From an uncultured Actinomycetes bacterium (GTDB lineage Bacteria; Actinomycetota; UBA4738; HRBIN12): a stretch of 64,000 nt of DNA. The notes under the pieces are model-generated. The model ran no database searches and had not been told where the DNA came from. It was given only the letters and a program-made list of their open reading frames with translations. The stretch covers positions 11,190 through 75,189 of the forward strand of contig CAVSLX010000009.1 of NCBI GenBank assembly GCA_963728735.1, written 5' to 3'. Position numbers and translations under genes: made by a program. Below, one piece after another: positions 1 through 8,943 of this stretch; position 1 is the first letter of the stretch; each line of letters starts with the position of its first letter.

Positions 1-453
1 CTCGCGCTCGCACTCGCACGTGCGGAGCGCAGCGGCGCCTCGGTCGCCGTCCTGTTCATGGACCTCGACGGTTTCAAGGACGTGAACGATCAGCTCGGTC
101 ACGCCGCCGGCGACGACCTGCTCCGCATCGTGGCCCAACGGCTGATGGAGGCGACCCGCGCCACCGACCTGCTCGCACGACTCGGAGGCGACGAATTCCT
201 CGTGCTGCTCGCCGACCTCCCCGACGAGCGCGGCCCCTCGCCCACAGGTGTGTTGGAGGTGGTGTCGAACCGCATCACGTCGCGGGTCGCCGAACCGATC
301 CCGCTCCGGGGGCAGACGGTGATGACCTCGATCAGCATCGGGGCCGCGATGTGTCCGGACGAGGCGAGGACGGCCGACGACCTGATGCGGATCGCCGACG
401 CCGCGATGTACGCGCACAAGCGGCGCGGCGATGGCGCTCGCCTCGTCGGCTGA
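1..453 (+). CDS. Diguanylate cyclase (GGDEF domain), 5'-truncated by window edge
   Basis: Frame open from base 1; DLDGFKDVNDQLGHAAGD, RxxD (RATD) and GGDEF, ADAAMY motifs. Confidence 0.95.
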   Translation, partial: LALALARAERSGASVAVLFMDLDGFKDVNDQLGHAAGDDLLRIVAQRLMEATRATDLLARLGGDEFLVLLADLPDERGPSPTGVLEVVSNRITSRVAEPIPLRGQTVMTSISIGAAMCPDEARTADDLMRIADAAMYAHKRRGDGARLVG

Positions 454-492
454 ACCCTCCACCCTGGGCGCCGAAACCCACGCACCGATCGC

Positions 493-1164
493 TCAGGTAT
501 CGCCCGCGAGCGCCCGCGCCCGCGTCATCTGTTCCGCGAGCCGTTCCCGCAGGCGCGAGGTGAGATCCTCGATGTCGGCCGGGTCCTGGGGATCGCCGGC
601 CGGCAGGAGTGGAGTTCCGAAGGCCAGGCCGAGCCGCGGACGCCACGGCGGTCCGTACCGCAGGCCAGACCGCGGCCACCGTCGCTGCGTGCCCCAGATA
701 CCGACGGGAACGATCGGCGCGCCCGTCGGCAACGCGATCCTCGCGACACCGGTGCGGATCCGCTGGAGCGCGATCGCGTCGTCCGCGTTCACGTTCCCCT
801 CGGGCGAGAGCGCGGCGAGCGCCCCCCGTCGCACCGTCTCGATCGCCCGGTCGAGGGCGCCCTCGTCGCCTTCGCCCCTTCGGATCGGGATCTGATCGAC
901 GCGCCGCAAGATCCATCCGATCCAGGACCGGTCGAAGAATTCAGCCGCGACGAGGAACCGGCTTTCCCGGCGGATCCTGCGGGCGACCTCGATCGCGAGC
1001 ACCGGTCCATCGAGGGCGCTCACGTGATTGAAGGCGAGGATGGCGGGACCCGTCGCGGGCACGTGCTCGAGCCCCGAGACGTGCACCCGGAACAGCCCCC
1101 GGACGACGGGCGTCGCCACCAGCACCCCGCCCTGCCACCAGGGGTTCAACTCGCCGGCCCGCAC
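493..1164 (-). CDS. 1-acyl-sn-glycerol-3-phosphate acyltransferase (PlsC/LPLAT family)
   Basis: NHVSALD (HxxxxD), SPEG, PIVPVGIWGT motifs; TAGCAT -10 element 6 nt before GTG (leaderless). Confidence 0.9.
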   Translation of the reverse strand: MRAGELNPWWQGGVLVATPVVRGLFRVHVSGLEHVPATGPAILAFNHVSALDGPVLAIEVARRIRRESRFLVAAEFFDRSWIGWILRRVDQIPIRRGEGDEGALDRAIETVRRGALAALSPEGNVNADDAIALQRIRTGVARIALPTGAPIVPVGIWGTQRRWPRSGLRYGPPWRPRLGLAFGTPLLPAGDPQDPADIEDLTSRLRERLAEQMTRARALAGDT

Positions 1165-1217
1165 GAGCGGATGCTACTCCTCGTCCCCCGGGTCCGGGCC
1201 GTGCTAGCGTCCGGGCG

Positions 1218-2378
1218 ATGGACGTCCACGCGCTGCGAGATCTCGTTGCGCGCCGGGAGCCCGCGTTCCTCGCAGAGCTGCAGGCGATGGTCGACGTCGA
1301 CTGCGGCTCGTTTTCGCCCGAAGGCGTGAACGCGATCGCGGATCGGTGCGAGGCGCGGTTCCGCGCCGGGGGATGGGACGTCGAGCGCATCCGCCACGTG
1401 CCGGCCGAGGGTGCGCCACAGCTCGGCGACCTCGTGATCGGAAGTCTCGCCGGCGACGGCGGGCCGAACGTGCTCGTGATCGGGCACATGGACACCGTCT
1501 TCGACGACGGCACCGCGGCGGCGCGGCCGTTCCGGATCGACGGCGACCGGGCGTTCGGCCCCGGCGTCTCCGACATGAAGGGCGGCCTCCTTGCGGGCTT
1601 CGCGGCGGTCGAGTCCTTGCAGGAGGCCGGGTTCGGTGCGTTCGGGCAGCTCACCTTCGTGTGCAACCCGGACGAGGAGATCGGCTCGCCGTTCTCCAGC
1701 CCCTTCATCCGCGAGCGTGCGACGACGCACGACGTCGCCTTCGTCCTCGAGTGTGCGCGGGCCAACGGCGACATCGTCTCGGCGCGCAAGGGGGTGACCG
1801 ACTACCGGGTGGCGTTCCGCGGGCGCGCGGCCCACGCCGGGGTCGAGCCGGAGAAGGGCCGGCACGCGGTGCTCGCGGCCGCCCATGCCACGGTCGCCCT
1901 GCAGGCGCTGAACGGCCGCTGGCCGGGGGTCACCGTGAACGTCGGAACGGCCAAGGGAGGGACGCGGTCCAACGTGGTGCCCGCTCGCGCCGACCTCGAG
2001 ATCGACGTCCGCGCCGAGGCTCGGGACGCGCAGGAGGCGGCCGAGGCCGAGATCGAACGGATACTCGGCGAGCCGCTCGTCGACGGCGTCGAGGCGGAGG
2101 TCCGTTCCGATGGGTGGCACCGGCCGATGGAGAAGAGCGACGCCTCTGGGCGCCTCGTCGACCTGGCGGCCGGCATCGCGGCCGAGCTCGGCTTCGAGCT
2201 TCGCGATACCGGCACCGGCGGCGCTTCCGACGGCAACACGACGAGCGCGGCCGGCACGCCGACCCTCGATGGTCTCGGCCCCATCGGCGGCAACGCGCAC
2301 GCGACCGACGAATGGCTCGACCTGACGAGCGTCGTGCCCCGCGTGACGCTGCTCGCCGCCATGATCGCGAGGCTCTGA
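1218..2378 (+). CDS. M20 family metallopeptidase (glutamate carboxypeptidase-like)
   Basis: GHMDTV, GPGVSDMKGG, DEEIGS, GRAAHAG, GGASDGN, DGLGPIGGNAH motifs. Confidence 0.93.
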   Translation: MDVHALRDLVARREPAFLAELQAMVDVDCGSFSPEGVNAIADRCEARFRAGGWDVERIRHVPAEGAPQLGDLVIGSLAGDGGPNVLVIGHMDTVFDDGTAAARPFRIDGDRAFGPGVSDMKGGLLAGFAAVESLQEAGFGAFGQLTFVCNPDEEIGSPFSSPFIRERATTHDVAFVLECARANGDIVSARKGVTDYRVAFRGRAAHAGVEPEKGRHAVLAAAHATVALQALNGRWPGVTVNVGTAKGGTRSNVVPARADLEIDVRAEARDAQEAAEAEIERILGEPLVDGVEAEVRSDGWHRPMEKSDASGRLVDLAAGIAAELGFELRDTGTGGASDGNTTSAAGTPTLDGLGPIGGNAHATDEWLDLTSVVPRVTLLAAMIARL

Positions 2379-2379
2379 C

Positions 2380-3492
2380 GTGACCGAAACGTGGCGGGTC
2401 GACACGCTCCATCCCGACGCGTACCGGATGCTCGTCGAGGGTGTTCCCGCGGTCCTGTACATCGATCGGCCCGACGAGCCCTCGACGAACCTCTACACGA
2501 GTCCACAGGTCGTGGAGCTCCTCGGCTTCTCGGTCGAGGAGTGGCGGAGCGATCCCGACCTGTGGAAGCGCCAGCTCCACCCCGAGGACCGCGAGCGCAT
2601 CATGCAGGCCCACGAGACCTCGAACGAGCTGGGCGAGCGCTTCCTCGAGGAATACCGCTTCACGACGAGGGACGGTCGCGAGGTCTGGATCCGCGATGAG
2701 GCGGTGCCCGTCCGCAACGCGGACCGCACCCTCCTGTATTGGCGCGGCGTGATGCTCGACATCACCGACCGCAAGCAGGCCGAGGAGAAGCTCCGCTGGA
2801 GCCTCGAGGTGCTCCGACGCACGCTGCAGCAGCGCCGGGAGCTCGCGGCCCGGCTCGAGACCGCCCAGGAGGAGGAGCGCCGCCGGATCGCCGCCGACAT
2901 CCACGACGATCCGATCCAGGTGATGAGCGCCGTCGACATGCGGCTGCAGCTCCTCGCTCAGATGCCCGAGGCGGTGAGCGCCGAGGAGCTCACCGACATC
3001 GAGGGGGACGTCCGCGCGGCGATCGAGCGCCTGCGGAACATGCTCTTCGAGCTGCGCCCGATCGCGCTCGAGCGCGACGGGCTCGCCTCGGCCCTGCAGC
3101 TCTACCTCGACCACACGGGGCGCGAGACCGGGTGGAAGGGCACGGTGCGCAACGCCCTGCCCGAGGAACCGGCCCCGGAGGGCCGCGTGCTCCTGTACCG
3201 GATCGCGCAGGAGGCCGTCACGAACGCGAAGAAGCACGCAGCCGCGCGCTCGATCGAGATCGAGCTCGTGATGGCGGGCGAGGGCATCTCGATGCGTGTC
3301 GTCGACGATGGGGTCGGGTTCACGCCCGATGACGTCGCGACCCCGAAGCCCGGACACCTCGGTCTGTCCACGATCGTCGAGCGGGCCGAGCTCGCCGGCG
3401 GCTGGGCTCGCGTGTCGAGCGCGATGGGGAGCGGCACCACCATCGAATGCTGGCTGCCGGTCGACCTCCAGATGAATCACGCGACCGGTTGA
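2380..3492 (+). CDS. PAS/PAC sensor histidine kinase (HisKA_3 type)
   Basis: PAS_3 (LHPEDRE...DITDRK), ERRRIAADIHDD H-box, QEAVTNAKKH, DDGVGF, GLSTIVER. Confidence 0.93.
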   Translation: MTETWRVDTLHPDAYRMLVEGVPAVLYIDRPDEPSTNLYTSPQVVELLGFSVEEWRSDPDLWKRQLHPEDRERIMQAHETSNELGERFLEEYRFTTRDGREVWIRDEAVPVRNADRTLLYWRGVMLDITDRKQAEEKLRWSLEVLRRTLQQRRELAARLETAQEEERRRIAADIHDDPIQVMSAVDMRLQLLAQMPEAVSAEELTDIEGDVRAAIERLRNMLFELRPIALERDGLASALQLYLDHTGRETGWKGTVRNALPEEPAPEGRVLLYRIAQEAVTNAKKHAAARSIEIELVMAGEGISMRVVDDGVGFTPDDVATPKPGHLGLSTIVERAELAGGWARVSSAMGSGTTIECWLPVDLQMNHATG

Positions 3493-3518
3493 TGCCGAGC
3501 ACCTGCCCGGGCGGTCGG

Positions 3519-4370
3519 CTACTCGATCGGTGAGACCGGCGCGACCCCGCGGCTCAGCCTGATCCACGTGAGCAACGCTCGATACAGCGTCCGCACGTCG
3601 TCGGCCTCGAAGCGCACGCTTCGAGGACCGCACCGCTCGCTGCCGGGGGCGAGCGCGACGATGTCGGCGACGGCGGTGTTCACGGTGTCGACCTCCAAGG
3701 GGAACGGACCCTCGGGGATCCACACGTCGGCGGCGCCGTGCTCGGCGCCCTTCACGGCCTCCCGCACGAGGCCGCGGATGGCCGCCTGCGCCCGGTGCGG
3801 CGACTGTGACCGGCCGGTCCGGCTCGCCGATCCGTCCTTGACCGCGACGGTCCTGACCCAGGGCAGACGCTCCTTGGCCTGGTCGCAGCACGCGCGGTCG
3901 CCGGACACGAACACGACCGGCACGCCGAACGTCCCGGCGAGGGCGGCGTTCAGGTGGGTCTCGTTCCAGGGTTCGCCCTTCACGCGAACCTCGGTGAACG
4001 AGCCCGAGTACGTGTGGTCGAGGATCGCCTCGGGGGTTCCGGCCCCGGCGTGATAGCCGACGAACAGAGCCGCGTCCATCCCCTCCTCGATGCCGGCCAT
4101 CATGCTCCACGGGAGCTTCGGCGTGCCCTGGACGAGATCGGCGCGGGGGTCGAGCTCGTGGGGAAGGAGGTTCCCCATGTCGGCATGCGCGTCGCTGACG
4201 ACGATCCGCTGTGCGCCGCCGTCGGCCGCCCCGGCGACCGCGGCGCTGGCCTCCTGCGTCATCAGCAGCCGTCCCCACGCGTAGTCCTCGGTGCCGCGGG
4301 TGCATTGGCGGACCGTGGTGATGCCGGCGATCCCCTCCATGTCGACCGAGATGAACACGGACGTGGTCAC
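3519..4370 (-). CDS. M55 family D-aminopeptidase (DppA-like)
   Basis: ISVDMEG, DAH, FVGYHAGAG, LDHTY, VFVSGD motifs. Confidence 0.93.
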   Translation of the reverse strand: MTTSVFISVDMEGIAGITTVRQCTRGTEDYAWGRLLMTQEASAAVAGAADGGAQRIVVSDAHADMGNLLPHELDPRADLVQGTPKLPWSMMAGIEEGMDAALFVGYHAGAGTPEAILDHTYSGSFTEVRVKGEPWNETHLNAALAGTFGVPVVFVSGDRACCDQAKERLPWVRTVAVKDGSASRTGRSQSPHRAQAAIRGLVREAVKGAEHGAADVWIPEGPFPLEVDTVNTAVADIVALAPGSERCGPRSVRFEADDVRTLYRALLTWIRLSRGVAPVSPIE

Positions 4371-4422
4371 GATGCGCCTTCCCCCTCCGAGCGCTCGCCG
4401 CTGGCGAGGAGCCTAGTCGGCC

Positions 4423-5982
4423 TCAGGTCCCCGGAACAGAACTCGCGGCGCCCTCGGTGGCAACGACGATGAGCGGCCGGCCGAAGACCTCCGCGAACCG
4501 ATCGCCGACCGCGCGCGGACGCCACCCCCTCGGCACGGGGGCGACGAGCTCGAAGCCGTCGCGGAGCCAGTTGCACGAGATGGGCGCCGGCGCGTTCGGC
4601 GGGATCCGGCGGTTGAGCTCGTCGGCGAGCGAGAGGGCGGTCGCCGCGCGCAGGATTGCCTGGCGGTCGGCGTCATCGATCAGCCTCCCGTACGGCCCGA
4701 GGCGCGTGTCGTCGTCGGCCTGGCGCAGGATCGCGGTGAGCATGCCGAGCTTCGCGTGGCTGAACCCCGCGAGATCGGCCGCGGTCACGATCATCGCCGC
4801 GTGCTCGAAGCGCTGGTAGTAGTCGATCGCCCGACCGATGTCGAGGAGCGTCGCGGCATGTTCGAGCATCTCGCGGATCGACAGGCGCGCCGCCGGATCG
4901 AGAGCCTCGTGCAGCCGGATCGCGAGTCCGGCGCGTCGCTCGGCCGGGCCCGGTTCCCAGGTCGCGAACCGCGAGGCGAGCGTCGCGATCGAGATCGTTC
5001 GAACCCACGGCGGCGGCGGCACGTCGCCGCCGAAGGCGTCGAGGGCCAGTCCTTCGCGCAGGCCCCGGCTCGACACGACGAGCTGCCTGGCGCCGACGTG
5101 CTGCATCGCGCCGTGCACGACGAGCGCGCCGCCGACGATCGTGTCGGCTCGGTCGGGGTTCAGCCCGGCGACCTGGGCCCTTCGCTTCATCGGCCGTTCC
5201 GCGAGGTCCTCGATCATGCTCGCGAGTCGCCGTTCGGTGAGCTCGTAGCCGTGCAGGAGGGGGAGCGGATAGTCGGTCCGGCGCAGGTCGATCTTCGCGA
5301 GGTTCCGGAGGGTGCCGCCGATGCCCACGAGGTCCTCGTGCTTCGCGAGCTCGACCACGCCCGCCTCCTGGAGGGCGGATGCGACGTGTTTGCGGAGCTT
5401 GTGGAGCTCACGATCGGTGGGTGGATCGTTCTCCAGGTAGCGATCCGAAACGCGGAGCGAACCGAGCGGCAACGACCACGATCGCTCGAACCGGCGGTCG
5501 GTGAACCGCGTGATCTCGACGCTGCCGCCGCCGACGTCCATCGTGAACCCGCTCGTGACCGGCAGGTCGTGGACGGCGCCGAGGAAGCCGAGTCGCGCCT
5601 CGACCTCTCCGTCGATCGTCTGGATCGGGACGCCGAGCCGGTGAGCCCGGGCGACGAGTTGTTCACCGTCGGCGGCGTCGCGGACCGCCGACGTCGCGAC
5701 CGCGATGATGCGAGCCGCGCCCGCGCCGTCGGCGACCGCCCGGAAGTCGCGCAGTGCCTCGAGGGTCCGTTCGATCGCCTCGGGGCCGAGCTCGTTGTCC
5801 TCTCGGAGCTCCCGAGCCAGACGAAGGGGCGCACGCGCGTCCTCGATCACGTCGAGGTGCTCGCCGTCGCGGAGGCGGAACACGATCATGCGGCCCGAGT
5901 TCGAGCCGATGTCGACCACCGCGAACGGCCGGTCGTCGGGGCTGGGCGCGTCGGGACCGGATCGTGGAGGCTCGACGTTCAC
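4423..5982 (-). CDS. Ppx/GppA family exopolyphosphatase
   Basis: VVDIGSNSGR, ATSAVRDA, DVGGGSVE, GIGGT, GLREG; start set at GTG 5982 because the longer ORF runs through the tRNA. Confidence 0.9.
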   Translation of the reverse strand: MNVEPPRSGPDAPSPDDRPFAVVDIGSNSGRMIVFRLRDGEHLDVIEDARAPLRLARELREDNELGPEAIERTLEALRDFRAVADGAGAARIIAVATSAVRDAADGEQLVARAHRLGVPIQTIDGEVEARLGFLGAVHDLPVTSGFTMDVGGGSVEITRFTDRRFERSWSLPLGSLRVSDRYLENDPPTDRELHKLRKHVASALQEAGVVELAKHEDLVGIGGTLRNLAKIDLRRTDYPLPLLHGYELTERRLASMIEDLAERPMKRRAQVAGLNPDRADTIVGGALVVHGAMQHVGARQLVVSSRGLREGLALDAFGGDVPPPPWVRTISIATLASRFATWEPGPAERRAGLAIRLHEALDPAARLSIREMLEHAATLLDIGRAIDYYQRFEHAAMIVTAADLAGFSHAKLGMLTAILRQADDDTRLGPYGRLIDDADRQAILRAATALSLADELNRRIPPNAPAPISCNWLRDGFELVAPVPRGWRPRAVGDRFAEVFGRPLIVVATEGAASSVPGT

Positions 5983-6050
5983 GCGGCCATGGTCGCACAC
6001 GACGCCGACGGCGCGGTGAACCGTGTCGGCGATGGGCGAGCAGCTCGCAG

Positions 6051-6142
6051 CGGAGGCGGACGGGAATCGAACCCGCCTGGGAGCTTTCGCCCCCACGTCG
6101 GTTTTGAAGACCGCGGGGCCCACCAGGAACCCTGACGCCTCC
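6051..6142 (-). tRNA. selC: tRNA-Sec (anticodon UCA)
   Basis: Minus strand GGAGGCGT...GCGGTCTTCAAAACCG...long variable arm TGGGGGC-GAAA-GCTCCCA...GCGGGTTCGATTCCCGT-CCGCCTCCG; CCA not encoded; TAGCCT -10 element just upstream. Confidence 0.95.
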
Positions 6143-6226
6143 GCCGCACAGGCTATCGGGTCGTCCCGTTTCACCGACGCGCGGGTGGGGTAGCGAGGCT
6201 CCGAAATCCGACGGGAGGTGAGCGAC

Positions 6227-6574
6227 ATGCCGCAGCAGGCGTGGTCGAAGAAGCGCGAACGTCAATACGAGCACATCAAGTCCTCGCTCAAGGACCAGGG
6301 TCGTTCCGAGGACACGGCCGAGGAGATCGCTGCCCGGACCGTCAACAAGGAGCGAGCGCGCTCGGTCGAGGCGAAGGAGAGCTCGAAGCTGTCTCGGACC
6401 GACATCTCGAGCGGCCGGCGCGGCGGTCTGCGATCGCATCAAGGAGCCGGCGGTCGAACCCGCGACCAGCTCTACGAAGAGGCCAAGGACCTCGGGATCC
6501 GTGGCCGGTCCCGCATGAACAAAGCGGAACTCCGCCGCGCGGTCGACCGCCGCACCGGTCGGAAGGCCTCGTAG
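6227..6574 (+). CDS. Small basic actinobacterial protein (so-called plasmid stabilization protein; C-terminal Rho-N-like motif)
   Basis: WSKKRERQYEHIK...AARTVNKERAR and TRDQLYEEAKDLGIRGRSRMNKAEL; GGAGG RBS upstream (alternative GTG start at 6218). Confidence 0.8.
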   Translation: MPQQAWSKKRERQYEHIKSSLKDQGRSEDTAEEIAARTVNKERARSVEAKESSKLSRTDISSGRRGGLRSHQGAGGRTRDQLYEEAKDLGIRGRSRMNKAELRRAVDRRTGRKAS

Positions 6575-6722
6575 CGGCTCCTCGCTCGTGGCCGCCGCCT
6601 CGCCCGGATCGCAAGAGCCTGGATCGCAAGGCTTGGGCTGCCCTTAACGCACTTCTGGCCCGTTCCTCACCCGGCGGGTTGCAACCTGGTGTTGTCCACG
6701 GAACACGACAGAGGAGGAAGCC

Positions 6723-7118
6723 ATGCGCATCACCCGCTCGATCGCGCTCGTGGCCGGCCTGACGGCCGCGCTCACCTTCGCCGCCGCACCCGCCGCCTTC
6801 GCCGGCGACGACGACGTGACCCGGCGAGGCAGCTGCAGCGCCGCCAGCGACTGGGAGCTCAAGGTCGGCACCGATGACGGCCAGCTCGACGGCGAGTTCG
6901 AGGTCGATCAGAACGTGAGCGGCCAGACCTGGCGGGTCCGGATCGTCCGGAACAGTGTCGAGATCTTCCAGGGTCGCCGCACGACCGGAGGGTCGAGCGG
7001 CTCGTTCGAGGTCGACTTCCGAGCGGCGAACCTGGCCGGTGACGACACCGTGCGGGCTCGTGCCGTCGATGTGTCGAGCGGCGAGACCTGCGTCGGGCGG
7101 GTCGTGTTCCCCGGCTGA
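6723..7118 (+). CDS. Secreted hypothetical protein
   Basis: GGAGG RBS, Ala-rich signal peptide ending AFA, two Cys, followed by a terminator hairpin. Confidence 0.8.
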   Translation: MRITRSIALVAGLTAALTFAAAPAAFAGDDDVTRRGSCSAASDWELKVGTDDGQLDGEFEVDQNVSGQTWRVRIVRNSVEIFQGRRTTGGSSGSFEVDFRAANLAGDDTVRARAVDVSSGETCVGRVVFPG

Positions 7119-7138
7119 CGCTCCGGCGGAGAAGACCG

Positions 7139-7167
7139 GGAGCCCGGGTCCTTCGGACCCGGGCTCC
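7139..7167 (+). terminator. Intrinsic terminator-like hairpin
   Basis: GGAGCCCGGGTC-CTTCGG-ACCCGGGCTCC perfect stem with cUUCGg loop. Confidence 0.75.
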
Positions 7168-7217
7168 TTCGTGCGCCGACGTCTCGCATCGGGCAGGGAT
7201 CTCGCGCGTGGAACGGG

Positions 7218-7234
7218 TAGTCTGGTCCGGACTA
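7218..7234. promoter_or_regulatory. Palindromic operator upstream of PadR gene (probable autoregulation)
   Basis: TAGTCTG-GTC-CGGACTA, 6/7 inverted repeat about 25 nt before the start codon. Confidence 0.5.
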
Positions 7235-7257
7235 GAGCGCTCCGGAGGTTCGTGCGC

Positions 7258-7806
7258 ATGCCGGTACCGAGGGTCGAGGTCGTCGTGCTCGGGCTGTTGG
7301 CGGAATCCCCCGCCCACGGCTATGACCTGCTGGAGCGGTTCCGCGCTCGTTCGATGGGGTTCTGGGTCGAGATCGGCAGGGCGTCGGTGTACCAGGCCCT
7401 GGGCCGGCTCGAGCGGCGTGGCGAGATCGTGGGCCGGGACCAGGACGGCCGCGACGGACCGGATCGGCGCGTCTTCCGGATCACGCAGGCGGGCCGGGCC
7501 CGGCTCCGTACGGGCGTGCGCGAGCTCGCAGGCTCCCTCGAGCCGTTCGACACCGACGCGGGCCTCGCCCTCGGGTTCCTTCGCTCGGTGCCGTCGAGCG
7601 AAGCGAGGGCGGCGCTCGAAGCTCGTGCCCAGGCCCTCAGCGATCTCGTGGCCGCGATCGGCGACGAACGCGCGCGAACGGGCGAGGTGCGTGGCGGCGA
7701 TCGCACGGTGTCCGACGCGCTCCTCGACCGCCAGCAGGCGCTCGCGGACGCCGAGCTCGCGTGGCTCGCCACCGCCGGGATCGAGCTCACGCGCCCGCGG
7801 CGATGA
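7258..7806 (+). CDS. PadR family transcriptional regulator
   Basis: VLGLLAESPAHGYDL, SVYQALGRLE, RRVFRITQAGR; GGAGG RBS before ATG 7258. Confidence 0.9.
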   Translation: MPVPRVEVVVLGLLAESPAHGYDLLERFRARSMGFWVEIGRASVYQALGRLERRGEIVGRDQDGRDGPDRRVFRITQAGRARLRTGVRELAGSLEPFDTDAGLALGFLRSVPSSEARAALEARAQALSDLVAAIGDERARTGEVRGGDRTVSDALLDRQQALADAELAWLATAGIELTRPRR

Positions 7807-7863
7807 CCTGCTCGCGGCGCCTGTCCGGGCTCGCTCCCAGCCTCGCATACGATTGAGGTTCCG

Positions 7864-8727
7864 ATGGATGCGGCGTTCTTCGACCTTGACAAGACGATCG
7901 TCAGCCGGTCGTCGTCCCTCGCGCTGTCGCGACCGCTGTACCGAGCGGGCATGGTCTCGCGGAGCCAGCTCGTCCGCGGCGCGTACGCGCAGCTCGTGTA
8001 CCTGCTCGTCGGCGCCGACGAGCGGAAGATGGAGCGCCTCAAGGAAGGCATGCTCCAGCTCACGAAGGGCTGGGACCGCGGGCAGATCGAGCGGCTCGTC
8101 GAGGACGTGCTCCTCGAGGTGATCGATCCACACGTCTACGCCGAGGCGCTGGAGTTGATCGCACAGCATCGCGCCGATGGACGAGGGATCTACATCGTGT
8201 CGAGTTCCCCGGAGGAGATCGTGAAGCCGCTCGCGAGACACTTCGGCGTGAGCGGGGTGATCGCGACACGTGCACACGTGGGAGCCGACAACCGCTACAC
8301 GGGGTCTCTCGAGTTCTACGCGTACGGTGCGCAGAAGGCCGAGGCGATCCGCGAGATCGCACTCCGGCACCAGATCGACCTCGCCGGCTCCTACGCCTAC
8401 AGCGACTCGATCACCGATCTGCCGATGCTCGAGGCCGTCGGGCATCCGGTCGCGGTCAATCCCGATCGCGAGCTCCGGCGGATCGCGGATGAGCGCGACT
8501 GGGAGCGGCGGGATTTCCGCCGGCCGGTGCGGCTGCGCACGCGGATCGTGTCCGCCGTGCCGCGCACCCGACCGAGCGTGGCGGCGCTCGCGGGCGGCGT
8601 CGCCGTCGCGGGCATCCTCGTTTGGGTCACGCTCCGCTCGCGTCGTGGCCGGCGAACCGTCACGCCGCCGGCGCAAGGCGCCGCCCCCGCGGACCGCACG
8701 TTGCGCAGCGTCGGCGACCGGGTGTAG
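7864..8727 (+). CDS. HAD-IB family hydrolase (Rv3661-like)
   Basis: AAFFDLDKT, SYAYSDSITDLPMLEAVGHPVAVNPD, C-terminal TM helix. Confidence 0.92.
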   Translation: MDAAFFDLDKTIVSRSSSLALSRPLYRAGMVSRSQLVRGAYAQLVYLLVGADERKMERLKEGMLQLTKGWDRGQIERLVEDVLLEVIDPHVYAEALELIAQHRADGRGIYIVSSSPEEIVKPLARHFGVSGVIATRAHVGADNRYTGSLEFYAYGAQKAEAIREIALRHQIDLAGSYAYSDSITDLPMLEAVGHPVAVNPDRELRRIADERDWERRDFRRPVRLRTRIVSAVPRTRPSVAALAGGVAVAGILVWVTLRSRRGRRTVTPPAQGAAPADRTLRSVGDRV

Positions 8728-8735
8728 GTTCGAGA

Positions 8736-8885
8736 TGGATGCCGGGAGGTGTCCGCGAGGGGAGCAGAACCCACGCGCGAGTCATGCCGCGGGAGGCATG
8801 CCCGAGGACCCGGGGTTTCGACCTCGGCTCCCGGGCAACGTGCAGGCCAGCGCCTGATACCTGCTCCCCTCGTTCTTGTCGTTCT
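8736..8885 (+). ncRNA. Candidate compact Ms1/MTS2823-like RNA
   Basis: Lies immediately 3' of the Rv3661-like HAD gene; perfect 12-bp closing stem 8756-8767/8861-8872; ACCCACGCGCGAGTCATGCCGCG core; promoter-like TTGCGC-N18-TAGGTT at 8701-8730. Confidence 0.6.
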
Positions 8886-8943
8886 CACGCTCGATCCGGC
8901 TCGCGGCGGCCAGCACCGATGATCTCGTCGCCGCCGGCGCGCG

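Noticed and set aside
1930-4305. Long alternative-frame and antisense ORFs (for example 791 aa here, and 6859-8676, 12096-13964, 50583-52715)
   Set aside because: Arg/Pro/Gly-rich shadow frames typical of high-GC DNA; they overlap well-supported genes and carry no motifs.
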